Assembly: GCF_001194135.2 (NCBI RefSeq)
Contig: NC_068985.1
Location: 63,551,195 to 63,615,194 of the forward strand
DNA: 64,000 nucleotides
Direction: 5' to 3'
Source of the DNA: Octopus bimaculoides
Taxonomy: Eukaryota
Both the position numbers and the translations under genes were made by a program. Positions 52,046 to 64,000 of the stretch are shown here, piece after piece. The notes under the pieces are model-generated. The model was not told where the DNA came from. It did no database searches and saw only the letters and a list, made by a program, of their open reading frames with translations. Each line of letters begins with the position of its first letter. Position 1 is the first letter of the stretch.

Positions 52046-53735
52046 TCACACCTTCACACCTACATACATATTCTCTGTAAAAGCTGACTTTGGTATGAAG
52101 GATAAAGAGAAGTAATTTTGAAATGAATACAAAAATGTTTGTAAATATGAAATGTGTTTTAACGAGCTGACTGCTAGACTTATCAATTCCACCTTAAACA
52201 AAAGTCACCATGGAAAGAAAACAAAACTAAAAAATTAGTAACTGTTATAGAAGCATACTAGAATTATTGTGTCAAAGACAGTTTAATTCTATGGTTTGGT
52301 TTAAGACAGCAACAAAATGTAATGAATTTTCTTCTTATGAGAGACTGAGGCAATGTTGGAGCATCTATGGTGATCACTCAATATGCTTCAAATATCAGCA
52401 AAATTTCTCTCATACATTACAATCTTAAAAAAAAGTACCAGAAGACAAAATTGCTTTAGATATACAAATGGATTTGATAACAAGCCTTCTCATGGCTGAT
52501 AGGGACCTAAATAACAACAGCAACTGCTACTACTACTCAACATCTCCCTAAAAGAAATCAATTATTTTACACATATCTGAAGGTTTACAACAGTTTTCTA
52601 TGAATACAAGTGATGCCACTCACATTGACCAAACAACATCACAAATATAGCAAATATCTTTTACAAAGGTTTTCAAGATAAAGAATATTGTAAATTTATT
52701 TAATTTCTGAGTAAATCTAAAGAAAACATTTCGTAATAGTCAAAATTGAAGAAAAAATGTCTTTTGATGAGAAGTAGAGAAAATGTGAAGACTCATAAAT
52801 ATTTAGAATAATAATTATGAGATACATAACTGAAAGAAAGGAAGCTTTAGATTTTAAAAAACTGAAATTTTGGATTTTTATTTCACTTTTGTGATGGGTA
52901 AACTAAAACTGAAAAAAAAACCCACTATTTATTTATACAAAAAACACTCATGAACAATGTGACTGCTAATTAGAAACAATGAAATCCATGAAAAACATAT
53001 CTAATATAATATTCACTGGCTTTCTTTAGTACTATGTATTGTGGAGAAAAGGTATTTAGTCAGGTTTATTACACTTGCTGTATAGTAAAAATGTACATAA
53101 ATTCTAAACAAAATCAAAAGCAATTTCAATAGTAAGTTGTAGATTGTAGAGTTTGTAAAGTAATGCCTAAAATGGACAATTGGCAAACTCAGGCTGTGTG
53201 GAATCACTGTAGTCAACATTCAGTATGGAAGGCTAGTAAACATTTTCATTATCCAAATGTGTAAAGACAATTGAATACCTCAGTTTTTTAAAATATTTTC
53301 ATTAGAACAAAATGATATCATTACTGGTATGTGAACATAAACTGAAATCTACACTTCAGTTTCTGAAATATTGTAACTATTGTATTGAATATAATTATTC
53401 AATACAAAATTGAATATAATTATTCAATACAAAGATGGAATATTTGTATCTCCAATAATGGAAGTATTTAAACAAGTATTTGATACTGAAAGTGTTTACA
53501 GTACTTATTGCCTTCCATACTGATGAGTGATGGCAGTAGTTATGTAGGGTCCTGTGTATTTTTATAGTACCCATTGAAACTAGATGGCTTTGGATGGAAA
53601 ATTTTTGTGTAATTATCTATTATAGTTTTCAAAGACATATGATGGCACAATAGCACACTTTTCTACAACAAATCTAATTTTCTGAAACCTGAGATCAAAT
53701 GTATTCCATCCACAACCATCTCAGCTTGTTTTCTA

Positions 53736-54155
53736 TACTCTTTACTCTCTTTTACTCTTTCACTTGTTTCAGTCATTTAACTGCGGTCATGCAGGAGCAC
53801 AGCCTTTAGTTGAGCAAATCGACCCCAGGACTTATTCTTTGTAAGCCTAGTACTTATTCTATCGGTCTCTTTTGCCAAACCGTTAAGTTATGGGGATGCA
53901 AACACACCACCATCAGTTGTCAAGCGATGTTGGGGGGACAAACACAGACATACAAACATATACACACATATACATATTTATGTACATATATATGACGGGC
54001 TTCTTTCAGTTTCCATCTACCAAATCCACTCACAAGGCTTTGGTCAGCCCGAGGCTATAGTAGAAGACACTTGCCCAAGGTGCCATGCAGTGGGAATGAA
54101 CCCGGAACCATGTAGTTGGTAAGCAAGCTACTTACCACACAGCCACTCCTGCGCC
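53736..54155 (-). mobile_element. tRNA-derived SINE family B (further copies 24330-24590, 38722-39000, 59590-59980, 63313)
   Basis: GGCGCAGGAGTGGCTGTGTGG A-box region, GGTTCATTCCC B-box-like, (AAAGAGT)n tail. Confidence 0.82.
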
Positions 54156-55967
54156 TATCTAAAAGTATCTAAATCTATTTTGATTTCCTCAGAAGGCATT
54201 ATATAATGTCTTTAAGCTTTGAGGAAGATTTTGCAACTATTTCTAGCAAGTTGAGGAAGTGTGCAGAGGTCTGCTTCTTGACTCATTTTATGTAATATGC
54301 TGTGGAAGATAGTGTGGTCGACTGTTCTAATGGTGATGTAATAGAAGCATAGTTGAATGCTGTTGCGGTGGTGTAAATGAATGTTACAGTAGGGCAATAT
54401 ATATAATATTGTGGTAGTGGTAACAGTACTACTACTATTACATCAGGGCAACAATATGACAAGACCATTACACTATAACTAAGTAATGTAAAAAATATTT
54501 TCTTCATTTTTAGCAAGACCACTCTGCTTTCTTGGCCCTTCAATATAGAGGGGAGAGAGAAAAATAAGTGCTTGTACTTGACTGATATTTAATAATAATA
54601 ATAATAATGATAATAATAATAATAATAATAATAACAACAATAATAATAATCCTTTCTACTGTAGGCACAAGGCCTGAAATTTGTGAAGAGGGAACTAGTT
54701 GATTACATCAGCTCCAGTGTTTCACTGGTACTTAATTTATTGACTCTGAAAGGATGAAAGGCAAAGTTGACCTCGGTGGAATAAGAACTCAGAATGCAGT
54801 GGCAGAAGAAGCACCGCTAAGCATATTGCCAGCGTACTAATGATTCTGTCAGCTCGTCACCTTAATAATAAGTTTCAAATTTTTCCACAAGGGCAGCAAT
54901 TTTGGGGGAGGGGATGAGTTGATTACATTGACCCCAGTGTTTAAATGGTACGTAATTTATCAATCCCAAAAGGATGAAAGACAATGTCGACCGTGGCAGA
55001 ATTTGAACTCAGAACATAGCGACGGGTGAAAGGCTAAGCATTTCATCTGGTGGGATAATGATTCTGCCAGCTCACTGCCTTCAATAATAATAATGGTAAT
55101 AATAATAGTAAACAGTATCCTTCTGCTAGTTTGATGGTTCAATATACAATAGCATAGTAAACAACAAATGACAAAATGTAAGTGAAATCTAATGAAAACG
55201 GGAATAATGAAACAATAGCACTAATTAAACAATTTTTGAATTAAGAGAAAATGAAATGAAAAGAGTACTACCATTTGTTGATGTGCCTTTTATATAAAGT
55301 ACATACATACGTTTTATATACACACATATCAGAATGTGCATGAGAGAATATAAAGCAAGAATGGTAAAGATACCCACAGAGTAGTGTTCAGATAGAGGAG
55401 AATTTAAAATCTACTCTTTCATCCAGGGCAGGTGCCACTGGCATCAAAAGTTAGCTGAAAAATGATCTTCATTGAGCTGGTATGAAAATAAAAACAGATG
55501 AACATAAGTAGGCTTAATGCATACAATTACAGAGTACAAAATAAACAAAAGTAAATGAAAGGAATTATGCAACAGTTTTATCTAAACAGCTTCAGGAGCA
55601 CCATGAATTATGACATAAACCACATTCAAACATAATAAAGATCCATGATGTTGTAGGTGTATGTTATAACCTAAGTTCCTATGGATTTTTTAGCTGAAAC
55701 CAGGTAACACTCATCATACAAATGGATCCATACGAAATTATGTTATTACATATGCCTACAGCTTCATAGATCTTTATACTGTATGAACATAGTTATGACA
55801 CAAGCCATGGTGCACCTGAAACAGCCATCAAGATAAGACTATTATACAATTCCTTTCATTTATCTTACTCCATACTCTGTATTTTGTATTCCATGTAAAT
55901 ATATATAATTAAGTCTGTGTACTTGTGTTTATCTGTCTTTCTACCTTATATATATANNNNNNNNNNC

Positions 55968-58113
55968 AATTAAGGGTATGAAGACAGGGAAAGCCCCCTG
56001 GCCCATCAGGAATCACTGCAGAGATGCTTAAAATATCTTGCGGTGTTGGCTATAGTCTAGTCACCTGTATAGACAACCAGGTGATACATGAAGGAGTCAT
56101 ACCCAATGACTGGTGTAGTAGCATCATAGTCAACTGCTACAAAGGTAAACGTGACGCATTAGATACAAATAATTACAGAGGTATCAAGTAATAAAAGTAA
56201 AGAAGAGGATCATAGTGCAACTAATTAGGGAGAGGGTCAGTCTAGATGAGATGCAGTTTGGGTTTGTGCTAGGGAAAAGCACTGCTAATGCTATATTTCT
56301 GGTAAGACAGCTGCAGGAGAAATACCTAGCCAAAGATAAACCTCTGTACTTGGCTTTCGTTGACATGGAGAAAGCTTTGACAGGGTCCCCCGATCCCTCA
56401 TCTGGTGGTCAATGAGGAAACTAGTGATAGATGAATGTTTAGTGAGAGCTGTACAAACCATGTACAGGGACGCTGTCAGTAAGGTGAGGGTTGACGAGGA
56501 GTACAGTGAATAATTCTGGGTAGAGATAGGGATCCACCAAGGATCAGTCCTCAGCCCTCTCTTATTCCACATAGTTCTCCAGGCAATAACAGAGGAATTC
56601 AAGACAGGATGCTCCTGGGAGCTCCTCCATGCTGATGACCTTGACCTAATTGCTGAGTCACTATCAGAACTAGAGGAGAAGTTTCAGGTGTGGAAGCAAG
56701 GATTAGAATTGAAGGGCCTTAGAATCAACCTAGCCAAAAAAAAAAGTCTTAATATGTAGGAAGGCTGACAAACCACAAATCCCTTCAGCCCTGCTTGATC
56801 TGTAGAATAGGCATAGGTAGAAACTCCATAAAATGTACCCAGTGTAAGCTATGGACACATACGAGATAGAGCAATATCAAAGGAAGGCTAACTGGGACGA
56901 TAAGATAGTTTTTGTGTGTGGCAAATACTCAGGAGCAATAAACACTGAAAACGTACAGAGAACAGCTTCTGTCACATTTCAGAGAGAAAAACTACAAGTA
57001 GCTGAGAGCTTCCGTTACCTACGTGACCAAGTCAGGAGGAGGGGAGGGTGCTCTGAAAGTGTAGCTGCTAGAATAAGAATAGCCTGGGGAAAGTTCAGAG
57101 AGCTCTTACCTCTGCTGGTGACAAAGGGACTCTCACTCAGAGTAAAAAGTAGACTATGATGCATGTGTATGAACAGCTATGCTACATGGCAGTGAAACAC
57201 AAGCAATGACTGCTGAAGACATGCGTAAGCTTGCAAGGAATGAAGCGAGTATGTTCCACTGGATGTGTAATGTCAGTGTGCATACATGACAGAGTGTAAG
57301 CACCTTGATAGAAAAGTTGGACTTAAGAAGCATCAAATGTGGTGTGCAAGAGAGATGACTGCACTGGTATGTCATGTGTTGTGAATGGATGAGGAGAGCT
57401 GTGTGAAAAAGTGTCACATCCTAGCAGTTGAGGGAAACTGTGGAAGAAGTAGACCCAGGAAGCCCTGGGATGAGGTGGTGAAGCATGACCTTCAAGCATT
57501 GGGCCTCACCGAGGCAATGATAAGCGGCCAAGACTTTGGAGATATGCTGTGCTTGAGAAGAGCTGGCAAGCCAAGTGAGATCACAACCGTGGCCTATGCC
57601 AATGCTGTACAACCAGTCCATTTAAGAGTACCCTTCAATCATTGGACAATAAACTATGCTTGTGAAGACCTGTTGAGGCAAGTGCAATTGCTGTTGTGGC
57701 TGATGACAGTACCGCCTGATTGGTACTCATGCCACTGGAACATTAAAAGCACCATTCAAGCATGATCGTTGCCAGGGCCACTGACTGGCTCCCATGCCAG
57801 TGGTACGTAAAAAAAAGCACCATTCAAGCATGGTCATTGCCAGTGCCACCAGACTGGCTCCTGTGCAGGTGGAAGGTGAAAAGCACCATTTGAGCATGGC
57901 CGATGCCAGTACTGCCTGACTGGCCCTCGTGCCGGTGGCACGTAAAAGCATCCTCTACACTCTCGGAGTGGTTAGTGTTGGGAAGGGTATCCAGCTGTAG
58001 AAATTTTGCCAGGTCAGATTGGAGACTGGTGCAGCCTTCTGGCTCGCCAGCCCTCAGTCAAATCGTCCAACCCATGCCTGCATGGAAAGCGGATGTTAAA
58101 CGATGATGATGAT
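55968..58113 (+). mobile_element. RTE-clade LINE, 5'-truncated, with 3' UTR and (GAT)n tail
   Basis: MQFGF..GKST..AIF.VRQLQEK, FVDMEKA, HQGSVLSP, HADDL and FRYL.DQ peptides. Confidence 0.93.
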
Positions 58114-58124
58114 GAGGATGTATA

Positions 58125-58500
58125 CGTACATACGTACATTTATACATATATACATATGCATATGTGAGCACAAGATGTTACAAAACAGAAACAACAAAAA
58201 ATACGAAGTACGGGGATATGGAATAAGAACTTTTTTTTGCAAGTAACGAAAGAAACAAATGGAAAACAAGACAAACACAAAGAACAACCCTTCATCAGTG
58301 AATAGCTAGAAATACGGATGTGAAAAACAGCTGACAACTGATGAAGGGTCGATCTTTGTGTTTTTTATCTTGTTTCCCATTTGTTTCTTTCGTTGCTTGC
58401 AAAAAAAAAAGTTCTTATTCCATGTCCTCATACTTCGTATTTCTTGTTTATGTTTTGTGACGTCCTGTGCCCACATATACATATACATGTAAGTATGTAC
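58125..58500. repeat. ~170-bp inverted repeat with 37-bp spacer
   Basis: 58125-58299 pairs with 58337-58500, roughly 85% by eye. Confidence 0.85.
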
Positions 58501-58947
58501 ATATACATATGTATATATGAATATAAATATATATTATTTATATTGTTATATGATCGAACGCCATGCATCCTTTTCCAAGTAAGTTTTATCTATACACACA
58601 CACACATATATATATATAACTAGAAGCTGGAGTAGGGCCTGAGTCCCACATGCAGCACTTTAAGCCCCACTTTATCTATCAAAAATGAATTCTTCTTTTA
58701 AAATCAGTCTGGAATATGCATGAGAAGAAATTTAAAAAAAAATATCAGCTTGGACCCCATAAAAACCCATGAACAAAACAAAAACATAAATTATTCATTT
58801 AAAATAAATGAAGGGAAAATTATAATCATATGTTTGTGACTCAATAAAACAGTAGATGAACATGGTGGTGGTGGATATATAAGACAAAGAGCAAGGAGGC
58901 TGTAATGTGTAGAATTAGTTTAGAAACAGAATCAACAAAGAACTTAC

Positions 58948-59166
58948 ATGGTGTTCCATTAATGGTGGGTGTCAATATAGTGCTAGATGCCCGAGTGATC
59001 ATACTTTTACGCTGAGCTGTCCCTGAAGAGGAGACTGAGGACAATTTGGTCTCAGCAGACTGGCTTGAAGGAGAAGCAGACAAAGTGGCTGATGAGGCAA
59101 TGTTGCCAGCGGCAATGACGGTTTGGGAAGATGTCAACTGGGATGCTGGTGAGCTGATGTCAAGAG
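58948..59166 (-). CDS. SBF2: Sbf exon: Ser/Thr-rich low-complexity insert (LDISSPASQ...TPTINGTP)
   Basis: Pyrimidine tract ...gttgtatatAG, 219 nt open, donor GTAAGT, phase 1-1 compatible with downstream exons. SBF1/2 carry a Ser-rich insert at this position. Confidence 0.75.
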
Positions 59167-59486
59167 CTATATACAACAGTTAACAAAGGAGAATTGATGA
59201 ACTGCTGCACACAACAACAACATTTATAAGGGTTCAATTTACAATGAAAGATAAAAGTAAAAGCTGCTGTCATTTGAGAGGTCATTCCATTGGAATAAAC
59301 TAGTAATATACTAAGAATAGGCTAGTAACAAACTCACAGAATTCAGGGGAAAATTTCAACTGACAAATAATCTACAGAACATTTTGAAGTGTAAACAATT
59401 TATTCCTCAACTAACTCTTATCAGTGACACTATACATTAAGTGGTGCCAGCCAAGTTGACTATTAACTCATGTTGACATATTAGCT

Positions 59487-59527
<41 letters not shown>

Positions 59528-61474
59528 ACACACACACACACGTATATACACATCCAATCTTTATCACTTATCATTTCTTATATTTGTGTTAGTTAACTGA
59601 GTGCAGCCATACTGGGGCACAGATTTGAAGGGGTTCAGTCAAAGACTCAATCCCAGTACTTATCTTCTGCTTTAAACATAATACTTATTCTATCAATCTT
59701 CTTTGCTGAGCTGCTATCTCACAGAGATGTAAACAAACCAACACTGGTTGCCAAGTGGTGGTGGGAGAACACACAAAGACACACTCATAGATACACACAC
59801 AAACATACACACACACATGCATAAATACTGTGGGCATTTTTCCGACTATCAAATCCACTCACAAGGCTTTGGTCAGGCTAGGACTATGGTAGAAGACACG
59901 CAATGTGCCATGCAGTGGGACTCAATGTGGGAGTGTATGGTTGGGAAGCAAACATCTTACAACAGCCACACCTGCACCTTTTCATCTGTATGTATTTATA
60001 TATTTGTGTGTATGTACATTTAGATATTACATATAAACAGCTATTTTAATATTTATTACTTTGTATTTTTCTTATAGATCTTTTAAGTGTATTTTCTAGA
60101 GTGTATTTTTCTATATGTGACTGGATTTTCATGGATGAGTTCAAGCATTGTGGTTCTTTTCTCTAAATTATATATATATATATATACATATATATGTATA
60201 TGTATATATCTCCCCCATCTTTCTCTAATTCCCTTTTTCTCCCCTTCACCATTTTCTATCTGTCTCTCTCTATCTCTCTCTCTCTCTCTCTCTCAATCTC
60301 TTTTTCTCTCTCTAGTTGCTCACATAAGACCATCGTCCATCTTTCTTTCCCTGCATGATATTCTAATGACTGTACGTCTTCTATCTCTCTCTTCTATCTT
60401 TCCAAAGAAAATATTCCCCCAGCATTCCCTATTTTCCTCTCATTCTGGTCTAATGACCTTCCCTGTTTGTTTTTGTTCAGTTTCCTTGTATATCTCCATT
60501 GTCCTGTTTTTGTTCCCAACTTTGACTCTCCATAAATCCAAAATGTCATTTTGAAATTTATGGCAGCAACTGTCTTCGAAGACTCATATTGTTGTTGAAT
60601 ACTTGAAATGAGGAGTAGACAGACAGCCAACAACTGCTGAACAACCGTTCTTTGTGTTACGTATCCTGATTTCCATCTTTTTCTCTCATTGCTTGTGTAT
60701 TTAACTCGTTTGTTTACACAGTTGCTCACGTCCTNNNNNNNNNNNNNNNNNNNNNNNNNNNNNNNNNNNNNNNNNNNNNNNNNNNNNNNNNNNNNNNNNN
60801 NNNNNNNNNNNNNNNNNNNNNNNNNNNNNNNNNNNNNNNNNNNNNNNNNNNNNNNNNNNNNNNNNNNNNNNNNNNNNNNNNNNNNNNNNNNNNNNNNNNN
60901 NNNNNNNNATATATATAGATATAGATATAGATATAGATATATATTTATTATTTATATTATATATATCTATCTATCAGACATGCACTGACCGACAACAGAA
61001 TGTTATAGTTGAGTCTACTGTGTCTAACAATATATGCCTAGGCTGCAAATGAAAGTGTAAGAGGACCATGGCCACTTGTGTGATGATTGCATTTTATTGG
61101 TTAATTTTCAATCATCATCAATGAATGAGTAATAGTTTGGCAAGCAGCCGTCTTCAAGAATTTTGTGTTACTCATTTTCACTTTCTCTTCATTGCATGGT
61201 ATGTTGCTTTAGATTTTGCTAATGATTTTCTAAAAATTAATATTATCAATATTTTTTTTAATAGATTTCTTTATAGTACAGCTTATAACATACTAGCTGC
61301 TGTTCAGTATCCCGCTGTATGACAATAAACAAATACAACAATTATTATCTATTTTATTGTACATTTTTCAATATTGTGACAGTCACACTAATTCAGTTGG
61401 TTGGTGTTTGGGTGTCAGTTTATTAGAGGCTGTTACACTATTAGGAGAAATGCAGTACATATATACATATATCA

Positions 61475-62757
61475 TTATCATCATCATCATCGTTTAACGT
61501 TCGCTTTCCATGCTAGCATGGGTTGGACGATTTGACTGAGGACTGGTGAAACCCAATGGCTACACCAGGTTCCAATTTGATTTGGCAGAGTTTCTACAGC
61601 TGGATGCCCTCCCTAACGCCAACCACTCTGAGAGTGTAGTGGGTGCTTTTATGTGTTACCGGCACGAAGGCCAGTCAGGCGATAGTGGCAATGTCCACGC
61701 TCAAAATGGTGTATTTTATGTGCCACTTGCACAAGAGCCAGTCCAGGGGCACTGGCAACGATCTCGCTCGAAAGTCCTTAAACATGCTGCGGGCACAAGT
61801 GCCAGAAAGGCGAGGCTGGGCACAGGTGCTATCACGATTTCGCTTGCCCCAAGAGGTCTTCGCAAGCTGAGTTTCGTATCCAATGAAGGAGACGATGTTG
61901 GCATGGGTGCCAGTCATCGAATTTAACTCGATTTTGATTTCACTTGCCTCAACAGGTCTTCGCGAGTGGAGTTTAGTGTCCAATGAAGGAAAGGTACGCA
62001 TAAGTGGGCTGGCTATACCCCTGGCAGAGGCCTTGGATTTAGGTCTCACTTGGCTTGGCGGGTCTTCTCATGCACAGCATATTTCCTTGGCTCTCGGTCA
62101 GAAATCATCGTCTCGGTGAGGCCCAATGTTCGAAGGTCTTACCTCACCACCTCACCCCAGGTCTTCCTGGGCCTACCTCTTCCACAGGTTCCCTCAAATG
62201 CTAGGGTGTGGCACTTTTTCACACAGCTATCCTCGTCCATTCTCGCCACATGACCATACCAACGCAACCGTCACTCTTGCACACCACAACTGATGCTTCT
62301 TAGGTTCAACTTTTCTCTCAAGGAACGTACACTCTTTCTAGTTTGCACACTGACATTACACATCCATCGGAGCATACTGGCTTCATTCTTTGCGAGCCTA
62401 CACATGTCTTCAGCAGCCACGGCCCGTGTCTCACTGCCATGAAGCATGGCTGTTCGTACACATGCATCATACAGTCTGCCTTTTACTCTGAGCAAGAGGC
62501 CCTTTGTCACCAGCAGAGGTAAGATCTCTCTGAACTTTGTCCAGGCTATTCTAATTCTAGCAGCTACACTTTCAGCGCACCCTCCCCCACTACTAACTTG
62601 GTCACCTACATATCGGAAGCTATCAACCACTTCCAGTTTTTCTCCCTGGAATGTGGCAGAAGTTGTTTTCTGCACATTTACAGTGCTTATAGCTCCTGAA
62701 CATCTGCTACATACAAAAACTAACTTCCTAGTTAACCCTCCTTTGATATTACACAAT
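61475..62757 (-). mobile_element. RTE-clade LINE 3' portion (same family as 55968-58113)
   Basis: Open 161-aa segment DSFRYVGDQ...KGRLYDACVRTAMLHGSET; (GAT)n tail at ~61480. Confidence 0.93.
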
Positions 62758-63318
62758 ATATATATATATATANNNNNNNNNNNNNNNNNNNNNNNNNNNN
62801 NNNNNNNNNNNNNNNNNNNNNNNNNNNNNNNNNNNNNNNNNNNNNNNNNNNNNNNNNNNNNNNNNNNNNNNNNNNNNNNNNNNNNNNNNNNNNNNNNNNN
62901 NNNNNNNNNNNNNNNNNNNNNNNNNNNNNNNNNNNNNNNNNNNNNNNNNNNNNNNNNNNNNNNNNNNNNNNNNNNNNNNNNNNNNNNNNNNNNNNNNNNN
63001 NNNNNNNNNNNNNNNNNNNNNNNNNNNNNNNNNNNNNNNNNNNNNNNNNNNNNNNNNNNNNNNNNNNNNNNNNNNNNNNNNNNNNNNNNNNNNNNNNNNN
63101 NNNNNNNNNNNNNNNNNNNNNNNNNNNNNNNNNNNNNNNNNNNNNNNNNNNNNNNNNNNNNNNNNNNNNNNNNNNNNNNNNNNNNNNNNNNNNNNNNNNN
63201 NNNNNNNNNNNNNNNNNNNNNNNNNNNNNNNNNNNNNNNNNNNNNNNNNNNNNNNNNNNNNNNNNNNNNNNNNNNNNNNNNNNNNNNNNNNNNNNNNNNN
63301 NNNNNNNNNNNNCCACAC

Positions 63319-63438
63319 AGCCACTCCTGCGCCTATATAGCCACTCCTGCGCCTATATAGCCACTCCTGCACCTATATGGCCACTCCTGCGCCTATATAG
63401 CCACTCCTGCACCTATATGGCCACTTCCGCACCTATAT
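63319..63438. repeat. 20-bp tandem repeat x6 (RGCCACTCCTGCRCCTATAT) derived from the SINE B 5' end
   Basis: Direct reading; unit equals the terminus of the SINE at 54140-54158. Confidence 0.9.
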
Positions 63439-63444
63439 TATATA

Positions 63445-64000
63445 TATATGGTAGAAGTCAGACAGTTGCAGCCAATGGAGAACTATCTAGGGAAACGCAA
63501 ATATTGAGCGGTGTTCCGCAAGGAACTGTCCTGGGGCCACTACTGTTCATAGTGGCCCTTCTGGACATGCCCACGGTCATTCGGAGAGCCACTGTCACTA
63601 GCTACGCTGATGACACAATAACTATCTCAGGCAATGAAGAATCCTGATGTTATTGTAAGCCTGCAGAATGACCTAAATGCAATATACGAGTGGGCAGAGC
63701 AAAATAATATGCAGTTCAATGCAAAAAATTTCAAGTACTGTGCTACAAGGCCACAAGTGCCTCCCAACTGGCATACACAGGACCTGGAGGTACTGCAATC
63801 CCAGAACCACAAACAGTAAGAGATCTGGGAATCAACATGTGTAGTGATGCATCATTTCACATGCACATTGTCAAGTTGACAGCAAAGTGCAGACAACTGG
63901 CTGGGTGGATACTGAGGACATTCCGTACAAGGGATCAAAAAGTCATGTTGACTCTATGGAAAACATTTGTTCTGAGCCGCCTAGACTATTGCTCTCAGTT
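63445..64000 (+). mobile_element. CR1/L2/Jockey-group LINE RT fragment
   Basis: SGVPQGTVLGPLLF, YADDT and QNDLNAIYEWAE.N.MQFN peptides. Confidence 0.9.

Larger units (their letters stand above)
5119..59166 (-). other. SBF2: Sbf/MTMR13-like gene, 3' portion (13 coding exons in window; 5' exons lie outside the window or in gaps)
   Basis: Hand-spliced exons all have GT-AG boundaries with compatible phases and one open frame. The translation shows myotubularin motifs ([27 protein letters not shown]), C1 and PH domains, matching the SBF1/SBF2/Sbf family from recall. Confidence 0.95.

Noticed and set aside
53520-53526. CTGATGA as hammerhead core or snoRNA box C/D
   Set aside because: No partner motif or terminal stem found, and it is on the strand opposite the host transcript.
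53736-54155. tRNA gene
   Set aside because: A/B-box-like head is followed by a non-tRNA body and simple-repeat tail, in multiple copies: a SINE.
55360-55480. Exon-like segment with tttttcAG acceptor on minus
   Set aside because: Stop codons in the required phase-1 frame for each acceptor tried.
60394-60729. 111-aa ORF as a possible upstream Sbf exon
   Set aside because: No resemblance to myotubularin sequence and no convincing splice pair; probably an unidentified repeat.

Overview
Eukaryotic (animal) genomic scaffold: AT-rich, microsatellite-rich, with nine N-gaps. Repeat style suggests an octopod cephalopod, but this is inference only. One protein-coding gene spans the window on the minus strand: the 3' part of Sbf/MTMR13 (SBF1/SBF2 ortholog, a myotubularin pseudophosphatase). 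I assembled 13 GT-AG exons by hand, from 59166 down to the stop codon at 5119. They keep one open frame (2273 nt, about 756 aa) and encode a Ser-rich insert, a 45-nt polybasic microexon, the dead phosphatase motif, a coiled coil, a C1 zinc finger and the C-terminal PH domain. Introns are packed with degenerate and nested transposons: Penelope-like elements, RTE, CR1-like and RLE-type LINEs, a gag-only LTR element, Tc1, mariner, hAT, a foldback-like element and tRNA-derived SINEs. The most notable unannotated signal is a set of minimal hammerhead ribozyme motifs in short, inverted-repeat, Penelope-derived elements embedded in (TA)n tracts. One has a fully intact core (49632-49720) and is sense to the Sbf pre-mRNA, upstream of the microexon. 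All alignments and folds were done by eye.
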